A stretch of DNA of 64,000 bases from Candidatus Hadarchaeum sp. (GTDB taxonomy: Archaea; Hadarchaeota; Hadarchaeia; Hadarchaeales; Hadarchaeaceae): NCBI GenBank assembly GCA_020725895.1, contig DYTO01000002.1, positions 3,966 to 67,965 of the forward strand, written 5' to 3'. The position numbers were made by a program, and so were the translations under genes. Below, in pieces: positions 1 to 9,148 of this stretch (positions are counted from its first letter, which is position 1; each line of letters opens with the position of its first letter). Below the pieces are notes generated by a model that was not told where the DNA came from, ran no database searches, and worked only from the letters and a program-made list of their open reading frames with translations.

Positions 1-210
1 CACTGCATTTTCAAGAACAAAGTCCTTTCTTACATCACGAGGACGCCCATTCACGCTGAGCGAGGGGAGCAGGAGTTGCCCGACCTGATCCAGGTGGCGG
101 TCGACAACGGCCACAAGATAAAGATCTTTCCCGTTTGCAAGAAGTACACGAACATAAACACGGAAGAGGACCTCAGGGAAGCTGAAATGCTGATGAGGAA
201 ATTGGGATAA
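1..210 (+). CDS. Sugar-phosphate nucleotidyltransferase, C-terminal part (partial at window edge)
   Basis: Manual frame-1 translation ...RGEQELPDLIQ...YTNINTEEDLREAE, TAA at 208-210; typical NTP_transferase tail; next to glycosylation genes. Confidence 0.7.
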   Translation, partial: HCIFKNKVLSYITRTPIHAERGEQELPDLIQVAVDNGHKIKIFPVCKKYTNINTEEDLREAEMLMRKLG

Positions 211-277
211 ATCGTTCGTTTAATTGCGCTGTTTCCTGGTTTATAAGCAACATCCGCGCAAATTCCTGGCGGGGGAA

Positions 278-517
278 ATGAGAAAAAATAGAGCGGCGAA
301 CGTTCGCCACTACGTGATATATGATTTCAATGGCAGGGCTCCTCGGGGCCTATACCGCCTGCGGAAAAAATTGGAATCGAAAGGATTGCTTGAGGTGATC
401 CAGTACAGTGTCGTTGCTTCCGAGAGACTTGACGTTGCCTTGGATGTGGCGCATTTCTGCCGAAAGAGAGGAGGAAAAGTAAACTTGATTAGGGGCATCT
501 TGTGTGATGTTTGCTGA
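278..517 (+). CDS. Stand-alone Cas2/VapD-like ferredoxin-fold small protein
   Basis: YVIYDF...RLRKKLESKG...IQYSV matches the Cas2-like pattern; ATG at 278 preceded by GGGGG. Confidence 0.55.
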   Translation: MRKNRAANVRHYVIYDFNGRAPRGLYRLRKKLESKGLLEVIQYSVVASERLDVALDVAHFCRKRGGKVNLIRGILCDVC

Positions 518-534
518 TGGCGAACGTTCGCCAC
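295..534. repeat. Two copies of 16-nt GGCGAACGTTCGCCAC (295-310, 519-534) containing a 14-bp perfect palindrome
   Basis: Read directly from the sequence. Confidence 0.85.
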
Positions 535-620
535 CGCACATGGAAATCGGTCTTTTGAAGTTTTCGGATTGCGAATACTCGTAAATGCTCTTATTAGCCG
601 AAAAAAACAAAAATAGCACT

Positions 621-758
621 ATGGCCGACGCAAAAGAAGGATACGGCAAATCGTACAAGAAAAATTTGAAGAAATATCTGCTATTGTACATCGTGATTGG
701 TGCGATAGCTTACTTCCTGATCTGGTACCTGTTTCTGCGGGGCGCCTACGCGGGATGA
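621..758 (+). CDS. Small single-TM membrane protein (45 aa)
   Basis: Manual translation MADAKEGYGKSYKKNLKKYLLLYIVIGAIAYFLIWYLFLRGAYAG; below ORF-track cutoff. Confidence 0.6.
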   Translation: MADAKEGYGKSYKKNLKKYLLLYIVIGAIAYFLIWYLFLRGAYAG

Positions 759-770
759 TCTCCACATTAG

Positions 771-1784
771 TCAAGTGCCAGTTCTTGTGGCACGATACCA
801 GGCGATGGATCTCGCGACGAGGCTTTCCAGATCGCCCTTGGGGCGGTAACCGAACCTCTCCCTCGCCTTGCCTATGTCGTACGCCAGGCTCACATGCTCA
901 GCGATGTTATTTCGCGACAGCTCGAGCGGGTTGCTCCCAAGAGTTGTTTCAAGCAAATCGCCCGAATATGCCAGGAGCTTGAACAAAATTTTAGGAATGT
1001 ATATCTCCAAAGGCTCCCCGCCGAGAACTCGCGATATCGTGTCCAGCACCTCCTTGTCGGTGTATGGGCGCCCATCGTCAACGTGGAATATCTCACCCTT
1101 TTCCTTCACTCCCATCGCCAGGACCAATGCATCGACCAGGTTGTCTATGTAGCAAAACGTTACGAGCGTGTCGCCCCGCCCGATGTGAATAATCGGTGCA
1201 CGACCTTTCATTTTCCCTTCAACAAATTTCACCATCTCAAGGAGCCCATCTTGGCCCCCGGGCCCGTAAACTGTCGGCGGCCGTAATATTGTAACAGGAA
1301 ATCCTGATTTTCTGTGGTAGTCGAGCAAAAGCTGTTCGGCCTCGAATTTCGACCGCCCATAAGGCGTGACGGGGTTGCATTCAACGCTTTCGTCAACGAT
1401 ACCGCTATTTGTCTTCGGCCGCCCTATCGCGGCAATGCTGCTAGTGAAGACGAAATTTTTGACGTTTTGTTTGAGATAGAGCTCGGCCAGATTTCTAGTC
1501 GCGACAACGTTCGCCTCGTGGAAGACGCGGTAGTCTGTGATAGAGTGGTCGAGGACCGCAGCCAGATGAAATATGAAATCAAAATCCTTCGGCAGGCCCG
1601 CCAAGGTCTCCGGCTTCAGCAAGTCCACGCGGTGGATCTTCACCCCGCACTTTTCCAGCTCCGCGATTCTTTCCTTCGATGAAGTTTCCCTGGCGAGCCC
1701 GACGACCTCGTTCCCTGCCCCAGCAAGCCTGCAGGCTAGCCTTGAGCCTATGAAACCCGTCGCGCCAGTAACCAGTATTCTCAT
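771..1784 (-). CDS. NAD-dependent epimerase/dehydratase (extended SDR)
   Basis: ILVTGATGFIG, YGRSK and RPPTVYGPG motifs. Confidence 0.9.
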   Translation of the reverse strand: MRILVTGATGFIGSRLACRLAGAGNEVVGLARETSSKERIAELEKCGVKIHRVDLLKPETLAGLPKDFDFIFHLAAVLDHSITDYRVFHEANVVATRNLAELYLKQNVKNFVFTSSIAAIGRPKTNSGIVDESVECNPVTPYGRSKFEAEQLLLDYHRKSGFPVTILRPPTVYGPGGQDGLLEMVKFVEGKMKGRAPIIHIGRGDTLVTFCYIDNLVDALVLAMGVKEKGEIFHVDDGRPYTDKEVLDTISRVLGGEPLEIYIPKILFKLLAYSGDLLETTLGSNPLELSRNNIAEHVSLAYDIGKARERFGYRPKGDLESLVARSIAWYRATRTGT

Positions 1785-1846
1785 CCTACCATTCAAGAAA
1801 AAGCTCGAAACGATATAAGACGGTAGCAATAGTGGTTGTGGAGAGC

Positions 1847-2944
1847 ATGAGGGTCGCAGTTTGCCACGATAGGCTGATGGAGAAAAGCGGCGGCGAGCGC
1901 GTCGCCCTGGTCCTTGCGAAGACTTTCAACGCGGACCTCTACGTCGCCAATTACGACCCCGAGCACACTTTCGAGTTCGCCAAGGGGATAAACGTCATAA
2001 AGACATCCCCCTCGGCGGAGCCGCCACTCCCGCAACTCTACACGCTCGTCTGGATGAAGGACGCTATCAGGTTCTCGAAGCTCAAAGAGTTAAAGGATTA
2101 CGACCTGGTCGTGACTTCGGGGCAGCTCGCTCATTTCGCCTCCATCCAGAACCCGAGGAACATCTGGTACTGCCACACTCCTAACAGGGCGCTATACGAC
2201 CTCAGGGACGAGGTCAGGGCGCGTCTAGGTTTCCTATGGCAGCCATTCTTCGACATATGGGCCGATCTATGGAAACCCTTCGACAGGAATTCCGTCAAGC
2301 ACATCAACAAGATAGTCGTGAACTCCAAGAACGTGAAGAGGCGCGTGAAGGACTTTTACGGCCGCGATTCCGAGGTCGTTTACCCGCCCGTCGACCTGAA
2401 GAAGTTCAAGTTCAAGAAGTCGGGCGGCTACTGGCTCTCCGTGCAGAGGGTCGAGCCCGAGAAGAGGATTGAGATGCAATTGAAAGTCTTCGAGAAATTC
2501 CCGAATGAAAAGCTAGTTCTCGTCGGGCCAGGGAAGTACGGTAAGGAATACATGGAGAGGATCACGAGGATGGTCGAGAAAATGCCGAACGTCGAGTGGA
2601 AGAAGGACGTCAGCGAGAAGGAGCTCGTTGAACTATATTCCAACTGCAAGGCGCTGATTCAGACGCCGATAGACGAGGATTTCGGGCTGATAGCGATAGA
2701 GGCGATGGCCAGCGGAAAACCCTGCATAGCGGTCGACGAGGGAGGCTTCCGCGAGACGATAATCCACGGGAAGACCGGGCTGCTCCTGAAGGAGCCTTAC
2801 GAGGAGAATCTCGCGAATGTCGTCGAGAACTTCGGGAAGTACAGGTTCGACCCCAAGGCCTGCCAGGCGCGCGCGAAGGTCTTCTCGGAGGAGGAGTTCA
2901 TGAGGAAAATGAAGAAAGTCGCGAAAGAGGTCGCGGGCGGCTAA
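1847..2944 (+). CDS. Glycosyltransferase family 4
   Basis: GGERVAL, YCHTP, EDFGLIAIEAMASGKP. Confidence 0.9.
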   Translation: MRVAVCHDRLMEKSGGERVALVLAKTFNADLYVANYDPEHTFEFAKGINVIKTSPSAEPPLPQLYTLVWMKDAIRFSKLKELKDYDLVVTSGQLAHFASIQNPRNIWYCHTPNRALYDLRDEVRARLGFLWQPFFDIWADLWKPFDRNSVKHINKIVVNSKNVKRRVKDFYGRDSEVVYPPVDLKKFKFKKSGGYWLSVQRVEPEKRIEMQLKVFEKFPNEKLVLVGPGKYGKEYMERITRMVEKMPNVEWKKDVSEKELVELYSNCKALIQTPIDEDFGLIAIEAMASGKPCIAVDEGGFRETIIHGKTGLLLKEPYEENLANVVENFGKYRFDPKACQARAKVFSEEEFMRKMKKVAKEVAGG

Positions 2945-2991
2945 GATAATGCTAAAAACATTTGGAGAGAGATAGCGGTTAAGGTGAAAAA

Positions 2992-3987
2992 ATGAGATAC
3001 TACTCGATTCACGGGCTTTTCACGATCGAGACGAACACGGACATCCCCGTCCCCGACTACCTCGAGGTCAAAAAGCCAATCGCGAAGCCCGACATGAATA
3101 TCATCTGCGGGCCTCTCGAGCTCAAGAGGCCGAAGGACAGCATGATGAGGACAGGCTACTACTTCTGGAGGGACGAAAAGTCGCTCTACATAGACTACGG
3201 GGTGCGAGACGTGAAGCTAGTGATGCGCGACCTCCTGGGCAAGCCCGAGATCCTATGCTCGAAGAACTTCCGGAAGTACTCCTCCCAGGACAGCTGGAAC
3301 GACCTGATCAACGCCGTGATTCTCCTGAACCTGATAAAGCGCGGCTACACCCTCGCCCACGCCGGGAGCCTCAGCTATCGCGCCAAGGACGGCGTCATCA
3401 TCAGCGCCCCGGCCGACACTGGGAAGACGTCCACCATTCTCTCGCTCGTCGCGATGAAAGACTTCGGATTCATGTCCGACGACGCCGCGCTAGTCGGCAA
3501 GGGCTTCGTCTACGCCTACCCGGAGAAGGTCAAGGTCTCGCCCTACACCCTGACAGGCGACCTGCGCGTCAAGAAGCTGAAGAGGAAGATATTCAAGTCG
3601 AGGATGCTCGGCCTTGCCTCCGAGAGGATCTTGAAGATGAACCTCACGGACTTCTACGAGGTCCCGAAAGACCTGGTCGTGGAAAAGTCCCCGATAAAAA
3701 AGGTGTTTGTTTTCGGCGGCCACAGCGCCGAGAGGACCGTGAAGAAGATAGACAGCAAGCTCGCGGCGAGGATGATATTCATCTCGTCAGTGGACCTCGC
3801 GAGGCTTATGCACAGGTACCTGGAGCTCTACTACTACGTCTTCGCCGTCGACACGTACAAGTTCACAGAGGAGATGAACAGGATAGTCGAGGACTCATTC
3901 AAGAAGGCGCAGTGCTTCATGGTCTCTGCTCCGAGGATCAAGGACTACGCTCATGTCGTCGCCGAAACGCTAGGGAAGTCCTCATGA
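2992..3987 (+). CDS. HPr-kinase-like P-loop protein
   Basis: LAHAG...APADTGKTS...FMSDD motifs of the HprK-like family. Confidence 0.65.
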   Translation: MRYYSIHGLFTIETNTDIPVPDYLEVKKPIAKPDMNIICGPLELKRPKDSMMRTGYYFWRDEKSLYIDYGVRDVKLVMRDLLGKPEILCSKNFRKYSSQDSWNDLINAVILLNLIKRGYTLAHAGSLSYRAKDGVIISAPADTGKTSTILSLVAMKDFGFMSDDAALVGKGFVYAYPEKVKVSPYTLTGDLRVKKLKRKIFKSRMLGLASERILKMNLTDFYEVPKDLVVEKSPIKKVFVFGGHSAERTVKKIDSKLAARMIFISSVDLARLMHRYLELYYYVFAVDTYKFTEEMNRIVEDSFKKAQCFMVSAPRIKDYAHVVAETLGKSS

Positions 3988-3997
3988 GGGCAGGAGA

Positions 3998-4819
3998 ATG
4001 GAAGAGTACAACTTCAAGAGATGGTACCCGACATTCTCTCTAGTGAACAAAATTTTCCGAGAGAACGACATCGACCACGTCTTCATCAAGATGCTGCTAG
4101 ACCCCTTCCACATGAGGGACGTCGACGTCATCATCCCGAAGCTCGATGACGAGAAGCGTGCGATAGATCTTCTGAGGAAGGCTGGTTTCCGACCCTACAG
4201 GGCGGGCAAACTCCTCAACCCGTGGAAGATAATCTGCGAGGGGATAGACATCGGGCATCTGGCGGTCGACCTGCACCCGACGGCCGAGTGGAACAGGACG
4301 ATGGTCGCGGACGGGAGGGAGATCAACTCGCACAGGATCGAGGTCAAGATAGGCGACACTAAGGCCTTCCTGCCAATCCCTGAATATTCGCTATACCTGG
4401 TTGCCACGCATTCCTTCTACCAGCACATGACTATTTTGCGCCCCGAGGTGCAGAACGGCATACACTTTATCTCCCAGCCGAAATTCTCGTGGAAGCGACT
4501 CCAGGCGATCGCGAGAGTCTACGGGACTGTCGAGTCGATTTACGCTTTCCTTCTCGCGATAAACGTTGAAAAGCCGAAGACAATCGATGAGATGACGTTG
4601 GGTCTCTTCTCAGGCGGAACGCCGAGTGCGTTGGTACAGAGGTGGTTCGATGAAACTGAAAAGAAGTTCCCGCTTATTATCCCACGCTGGCTCGGCTGCA
4701 TCTTTCCATCATACTACCACACGAAATCCCTGATTGGGAAGGTCAGGCCGACAGAAGTCGCGTTCGATTTTATCTCGCACTACATGAGGCTGTCCAGCGG
4801 AAGGGGTGCTTTCGTTTGA
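3998..4819 (+). CDS. Nucleotidyltransferase (NTP_transf_5-like)
   Basis: VFIK...RDVDVII, VDLH and LVATHSFYQH motifs. Confidence 0.65.
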   Translation: MEEYNFKRWYPTFSLVNKIFRENDIDHVFIKMLLDPFHMRDVDVIIPKLDDEKRAIDLLRKAGFRPYRAGKLLNPWKIICEGIDIGHLAVDLHPTAEWNRTMVADGREINSHRIEVKIGDTKAFLPIPEYSLYLVATHSFYQHMTILRPEVQNGIHFISQPKFSWKRLQAIARVYGTVESIYAFLLAINVEKPKTIDEMTLGLFSGGTPSALVQRWFDETEKKFPLIIPRWLGCIFPSYYHTKSLIGKVRPTEVAFDFISHYMRLSSGRGAFV

Positions 4820-5745
4820 AGGCGACATTTCTCTATCCCGCGAGCGGCATCAGCCCCCACTACGCGCACCTCACCTGGGCGAAAACTGTGTGCAAGAAAG
4901 TCGTCGAGACGCCGATGGGGTTCGGGCGCTTCGACTATAGCCAGCTCGAAGGTTCGGACATCCTCCTTCTGGAATCCCTATACTGCGTGCCTTTCGCGCG
5001 CAAGTTCAAGAAAAATAACCCTGACTGCAAGATTGTGACGATAATCGCGGACACGAGTTTCTGGAACGAGCGGCTGGGAGTCCTCAGGAAAGTTTTCTAT
5101 TGGAGATATCTCGGGATGGTCGACGGTTTCGTCTCGGTTTCCGAAAGGATAAAGCGCGACATTCAGGGTTACGTTGACAGGCCCGTCGAGGTCGTGAGGC
5201 CTTTCCTCGTGAACAAGTACGACTTCAATCGGCGCGGTTTCAACAAGAACGTTCTTTTTGTGGGAAACGACGCGGTCGAGAAGGGCTTCGGCAAGCTCGT
5301 GAAGGCCATGGAGCACCTGCCGGACTTCGACCTTTACCTAGTCGGGGACTGTTACAAGAAGATCAAGACGAATAAACCGAACGTCCACGTCGAGAAGAGG
5401 GTGCCCAGCCTCAAGCCATACTTCGGGAAGTGCTCGATATACGCGCACCCGGCGGATTTCGACCCTTGCCCGTCGGCGATTTGGGAGGCGATGTACGCCG
5501 GGCTTCTTCCCGTGATTTCAACTGGCGTCGGGCAGAGCGAGCTTTTCAAGGGGGACCTTGGGAGGCTCGTGCTGAAGAACAATGAACCGAAGAGCATTGC
5601 AGATAAAATTTCAGAAGTCTATTCAATCGGCGACAAGCGGAAGATTCTTGAAAGTTGCAGGAAGCTGGCGAACGATCACACGAAGGAGAAAATCGTCTCG
5701 AGGTTCAAAGTCGCGTTTTCAAAAATCTTGAAAGAAATTTCTTAA
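4816..5745 (+). CDS. Glycosyltransferase family 4-like
   Basis: LFVG...EKG, HPADFDPCPSAIWEAMYAGL. Confidence 0.8.
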   Translation: MKATFLYPASGISPHYAHLTWAKTVCKKVVETPMGFGRFDYSQLEGSDILLLESLYCVPFARKFKKNNPDCKIVTIIADTSFWNERLGVLRKVFYWRYLGMVDGFVSVSERIKRDIQGYVDRPVEVVRPFLVNKYDFNRRGFNKNVLFVGNDAVEKGFGKLVKAMEHLPDFDLYLVGDCYKKIKTNKPNVHVEKRVPSLKPYFGKCSIYAHPADFDPCPSAIWEAMYAGLLPVISTGVGQSELFKGDLGRLVLKNNEPKSIADKISEVYSIGDKRKILESCRKLANDHTKEKIVSRFKVAFSKILKEIS

Positions 5746-6404
5746 AGCCTGTTTAACCTCAGCTTAATGAGGCCGATGAAAATCCTGATCCCGCTCGCGA
5801 TAGTGGTCCCGCGCGCCTTTGAATACTGGGTGAACAGGCATGGGACGAGGATTTCCTTCAGCTTCAGCTTTTCCTGTTTCGCGATGATGACGATCTCGGA
5901 CGAGACCTCGTACCTGTTGCTCTTTATCTGGACGGCCCCGAGCGCGTGCCTGTTGAGCGCCCGCATCCCGGACTGAGAGTCCGTGAAGTAGCCGCCCATC
6001 GCCCGGGTCACAAGGTTGAACCAGAAATTCCCTATCTTCTTGTGGAAAGGCGCGTCCACGAAGTACCTCACGCCGATGACCAAGTCGTAGCCTTCCAGCA
6101 CATCGATAACCTTTTTCACGTGTTTCGGGTCGTGCTGGCCGTCCGAGTCGAATGTCACCGCGACGTCCGCATCCAGCTCCCTCGCCTTGGCCAGCCCAGT
6201 CCTCAGGGCCGCGCCCAGCCCGGAGTTCTTCTGGTGCTTCACGACTGTCGCTCCCTTCGATTTCGCGACCTCGGCGGTGTTGTCCTTCGAGCCGTCGTCA
6301 ATGACGATAATGTCCTTCCAGCCCTCCGCGTGGAGTCCGTCGATGACTTCGCCTATCGACTTGCCCTCGTTGTACGCCGGCATAACTATCCAGACTTTCA
6401 TCAT
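5742..6404 (-). CDS. Glycosyltransferase family 2 (DPM synthase-like)
   Basis: MPAYNE, IDDGSKD, FDSDGQH, TDSQSG. Confidence 0.9.
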   Translation of the reverse strand: MMKVWIVMPAYNEGKSIGEVIDGLHAEGWKDIIVIDDGSKDNTAEVAKSKGATVVKHQKNSGLGAALRTGLAKARELDADVAVTFDSDGQHDPKHVKKVIDVLEGYDLVIGVRYFVDAPFHKKIGNFWFNLVTRAMGGYFTDSQSGMRALNRHALGAVQIKSNRYEVSSEIVIIAKQEKLKLKEILVPCLFTQYSKARGTTIASGIRIFIGLIKLRLNRL

Positions 6405-6488
6405 CTCACTTCTCAGGTAATTTTTTTGAGTTAATCTAACTTGCGTTTAACGTTAAAAAGGTCGAGGTAGATTCCAGATTTGGTTGGC

Positions 6489-6899
6489 ATGAGGACCTGG
6501 TACAAGGAGTTCAGTTTTTCGACGAGGAAGCAGAAGGAGGTCGTCGATGTCACGTCCACGATCGAAAGGGCGGTCGACGAGTCCGGGATAAAGAACGGGC
6601 TTCTTCTCGTGCAGATCCCGCACGCCACGGCCTCGCTAGTCCTCAACGAGGGCGAGAGCGGCCTGAAGCAAGACCTTTTGAACAAGCTCGAAGAGTTGTT
6701 CCCAGCGGGAGGCGGATACATGCACGACAGGATTGACGACAACGCTCATTCGCATCTGAAATCGGCGGTCATTGGCTCATCGCGGGTTTTGCCCGTGATT
6801 GACGGCGGCATCGTTCGGGGGACTTGGCAGAATTTCCTGATAATAGAGGAGGACGGGCCGCGCACGAGGAGGCTCGCGGTATTCATGATGGGTGAGTAA
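6489..6899 (+). CDS. YjbQ-family protein (UPF0047)
   Basis: HATA...NE, NAHSHLK, GTWQ, EEDGPR. Confidence 0.9.
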   Translation: MRTWYKEFSFSTRKQKEVVDVTSTIERAVDESGIKNGLLLVQIPHATASLVLNEGESGLKQDLLNKLEELFPAGGGYMHDRIDDNAHSHLKSAVIGSSRVLPVIDGGIVRGTWQNFLIIEEDGPRTRRLAVFMMGE

Positions 6900-7007
6900 T
6901 TTTTAAATTTCAATTAATTGTGGGCAATGGCAATAATGATCCGAATACTTTCGGTGACCCCCCCAAAATGACTTGATTAACTCCGATGTTTTGATTTTGG
7001 GGGTTTA

Positions 7008-8015
7008 ATGCGAAAACAAGTCAACAAGGAAATTTTTGGAGAAATACTTCGGAGATATTTCGAAAATCACGAAGGTTCTACAACATTGGCAAAAATGTAT
7101 GGTATCAATAAATCGACCATTCAGAAATGGTTGAGTTTGAAACTACGCAAAGGTGAAGTTCAATTTGTAATGACTCTTAACAATTGGAATCTCGCCAAAT
7201 CGCGCAGACTGGTGTTTAAAAGAGCAGCGGCAGCAAGAGGCGCTAAATCGAGGAAAAAAGTGATGTTGCGATTCGGCAAAAGTTTTGCATATGCGTTGGG
7301 CGTTCTGTGCGGAGATGGGCATGTCGCAGAGGGTTATGCATATCTACCCTGTCATGACATAAAATTTGCTGAATCGTTTTTGGAAAATGGAGAAAAAGCA
7401 TTTGGTATAAAGGCATCTTTTAATCCAGAAAAGAAAATTAGAGGATTGTACCGCGTAACGTTTCATTCAAGGGAATTAGCGGATAGGTTAAACGACTTGT
7501 ATAAGACTAGGACAAGAGAATGGAAAATTCCTCCGGAGATTGTTAATGGCAATAATTTACTGAAAGCGAATTTTCTAAAGGGGTTTGTTGATTCAGAGGG
7601 ACGTGTCGGTCTTTCGGTTTACAAGTGTTATTATACTGTTAAGAGTGGAGAAAAACGCAGCTGTTGGATTTTGCATGGCTACGTTAATTTAAGTTCTGTA
7701 AATGAAAGAGGCATCAAACAAGTACATAAACTTCTAAAAGATTTGGGCATACGCACCAACTTGTATTTTATCGGAAGAAACGACGAGTGGCGCATTTCAA
7801 CAGTAAAAAACAAGTCAAACTTGCTCCTGTTTCAAAAACTCGTTGATTTCAGAACTGCTAGTGATCACGAGAGGCTGAGGTTTTTAAACCAAAACATCAA
7901 TCATTCACCGAATACATGGAGGTGGATAGGCAGTTCGAAGTACTTGCCAAAAAGGTGTAAGGATATGATGCAGCAACAGAGGCCTAGAGGGGTCGTCTAC
8001 TTGGATAGGCAATAA
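7008..8015 (+). mobile_element. Free-standing LAGLIDADG homing endonuclease HE1 with N-terminal HTH; stop codon lies inside the downstream BHB intron
   Basis: Two motifs FAYALGVLCGDG and FLKGFVDSEG; HTH-like TLAKMYGINKSTIQKWL; visibly AT-rich relative to flanks. Confidence 0.85.
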
Positions 8016-8565
8016 AGTTGCCCCAAAAATAGAGACGACTTCAGTAAAGGCCGATACAGGCATGGTAGTCGTTATAGGCGTGCTTGGCGATGGCGAGGCC
8101 GAGCTAATCTTTTCAGGGAACGAGCGCGACGAGCGCGAGGCGCTGGAATGGCTGAAGGAGAAGCTGGAAAATTGCAACTTGATAATAACATGGTACGGCT
8201 CCGGGTTCGACATACCGTTCCTCCTGACGAGGGCGGTCCTCCACGGGGTGGACCTCTCCAAGCTCGCGGAGATCCCGATGCTGGACCTCTACCAGTGGGC
8301 GAAGGCTAATCTCATTTTGAACAGCTACAAGATGACTTCCGTGGCCCGTTTTCTAGGCATCGACGAGGAGACGGGCGACTTCGCAGGGGCGGACGTCCTC
8401 ACTCTTTTCAAACTCTGGGAAAGGGGAGAGAGCAAGGCGAGCGACATGATTGTCCAGCACTGCAAGGAAGACCTCCATGTTTTGAAGCGGGTGCACGAGA
8501 GGCTGAAGCCGGCAATCGTTCGTTCATCGTCGGCGCCTGGGCTTGGCCCATTGGAAGAAGAGTAG
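7965..8565 (+). CDS. YprB/RNase H-like DEDD exonuclease, spliced: exon 1 7965-8006, exon 2 8029-8565 (192 aa)
   Basis: Removing 8007-8028 restores VVYLD^IETT (ExoI); ITWYGSGFDIPFL (ExoII) and HCKEDL (ExoIII) follow; AAGGTG upstream of ATG 7965. Confidence 0.85.
8007..8028 (+). other. 22-nt BHB intron in an mRNA
   Basis: TTGG AT^A GGCAA-TAAAG-TTGCC CCAA AA^A; 4-bp central helix, two 3-nt bulges, outer helix GTCGTC/GACGAC; canonical cuts restore the frame exactly. Confidence 0.85.
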
Positions 8566-8569
8566 TACC

Positions 8570-9148
8570 ATGCCCGCTAGCAAGGAAGAGAAGTTGCGAT
8601 GGCTTGAGGCCGAGGCGGAGGATTGCAAACTTTGCAGACTTAACGAGGGGAGGGGTAACGTAGTTTTCGGGGTCGGGCCGGCAAATGCAAAAATCATGCT
8701 ACTGGCCGAGGCTCCAGGACGAATGGAAGACAAAACGGGCGTTCCCTTCGCTGGGGCGGCCGGAAAGTTCCTGAACAAGCTTTTGCTAGAGGCCGGGTTG
8801 AAGAGAGAAGAGACATACATAACGAACGTTGTCATGTCGCGCCCGCCCAACAACAGGAAACCTTTGCCCGATGAAATCGGATTTTGCAGGCCTTTTCTAA
8901 AGGGAAAGATTTCGATAATCAAGCCGGAACTGGTTGTTTCTCTTGGCGCTACCGCGTCCGAGGAGCTTTTGGGGAGGCGGGTTGTCCTGGGCTCGGAGCA
9001 CGGCACCCTTCAGGATTGCGAATACGCCGGCGTCAAGTTCAAGCTATTCGTTTCTTACCATCCGGCAGCAGCGCTGTACGGCGGGCAGACTAGGCTGAAA
9101 CTGCAGGAGGACTTCAAGAAGCTCGGGAAACTCGCGGAAAAAATTTAA
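8570..9148 (+). CDS. udg: Uracil-DNA glycosylase family 4
   Basis: CxxC, AEAPGxxED, PF.GAAG, RPPNNR, YHPAA. Confidence 0.9.
   Translation: MPASKEEKLRWLEAEAEDCKLCRLNEGRGNVVFGVGPANAKIMLLAEAPGRMEDKTGVPFAGAAGKFLNKLLLEAGLKREETYITNVVMSRPPNNRKPLPDEIGFCRPFLKGKISIIKPELVVSLGATASEELLGRRVVLGSEHGTLQDCEYAGVKFKLFVSYHPAAALYGGQTRLKLQEDFKKLGKLAEKI

Noticed and set aside
278..534. CRISPR array near the Cas2-like gene
   Set aside because: Only two short repeats about 224 nt apart; no regularly spaced repeat-spacer series anywhere in the window
7008..8015. HE1-HE4 as inteins
   Set aside because: No N-terminal Cys/Ser splicing block, no C-terminal HN motif and no in-frame exteins on both sides
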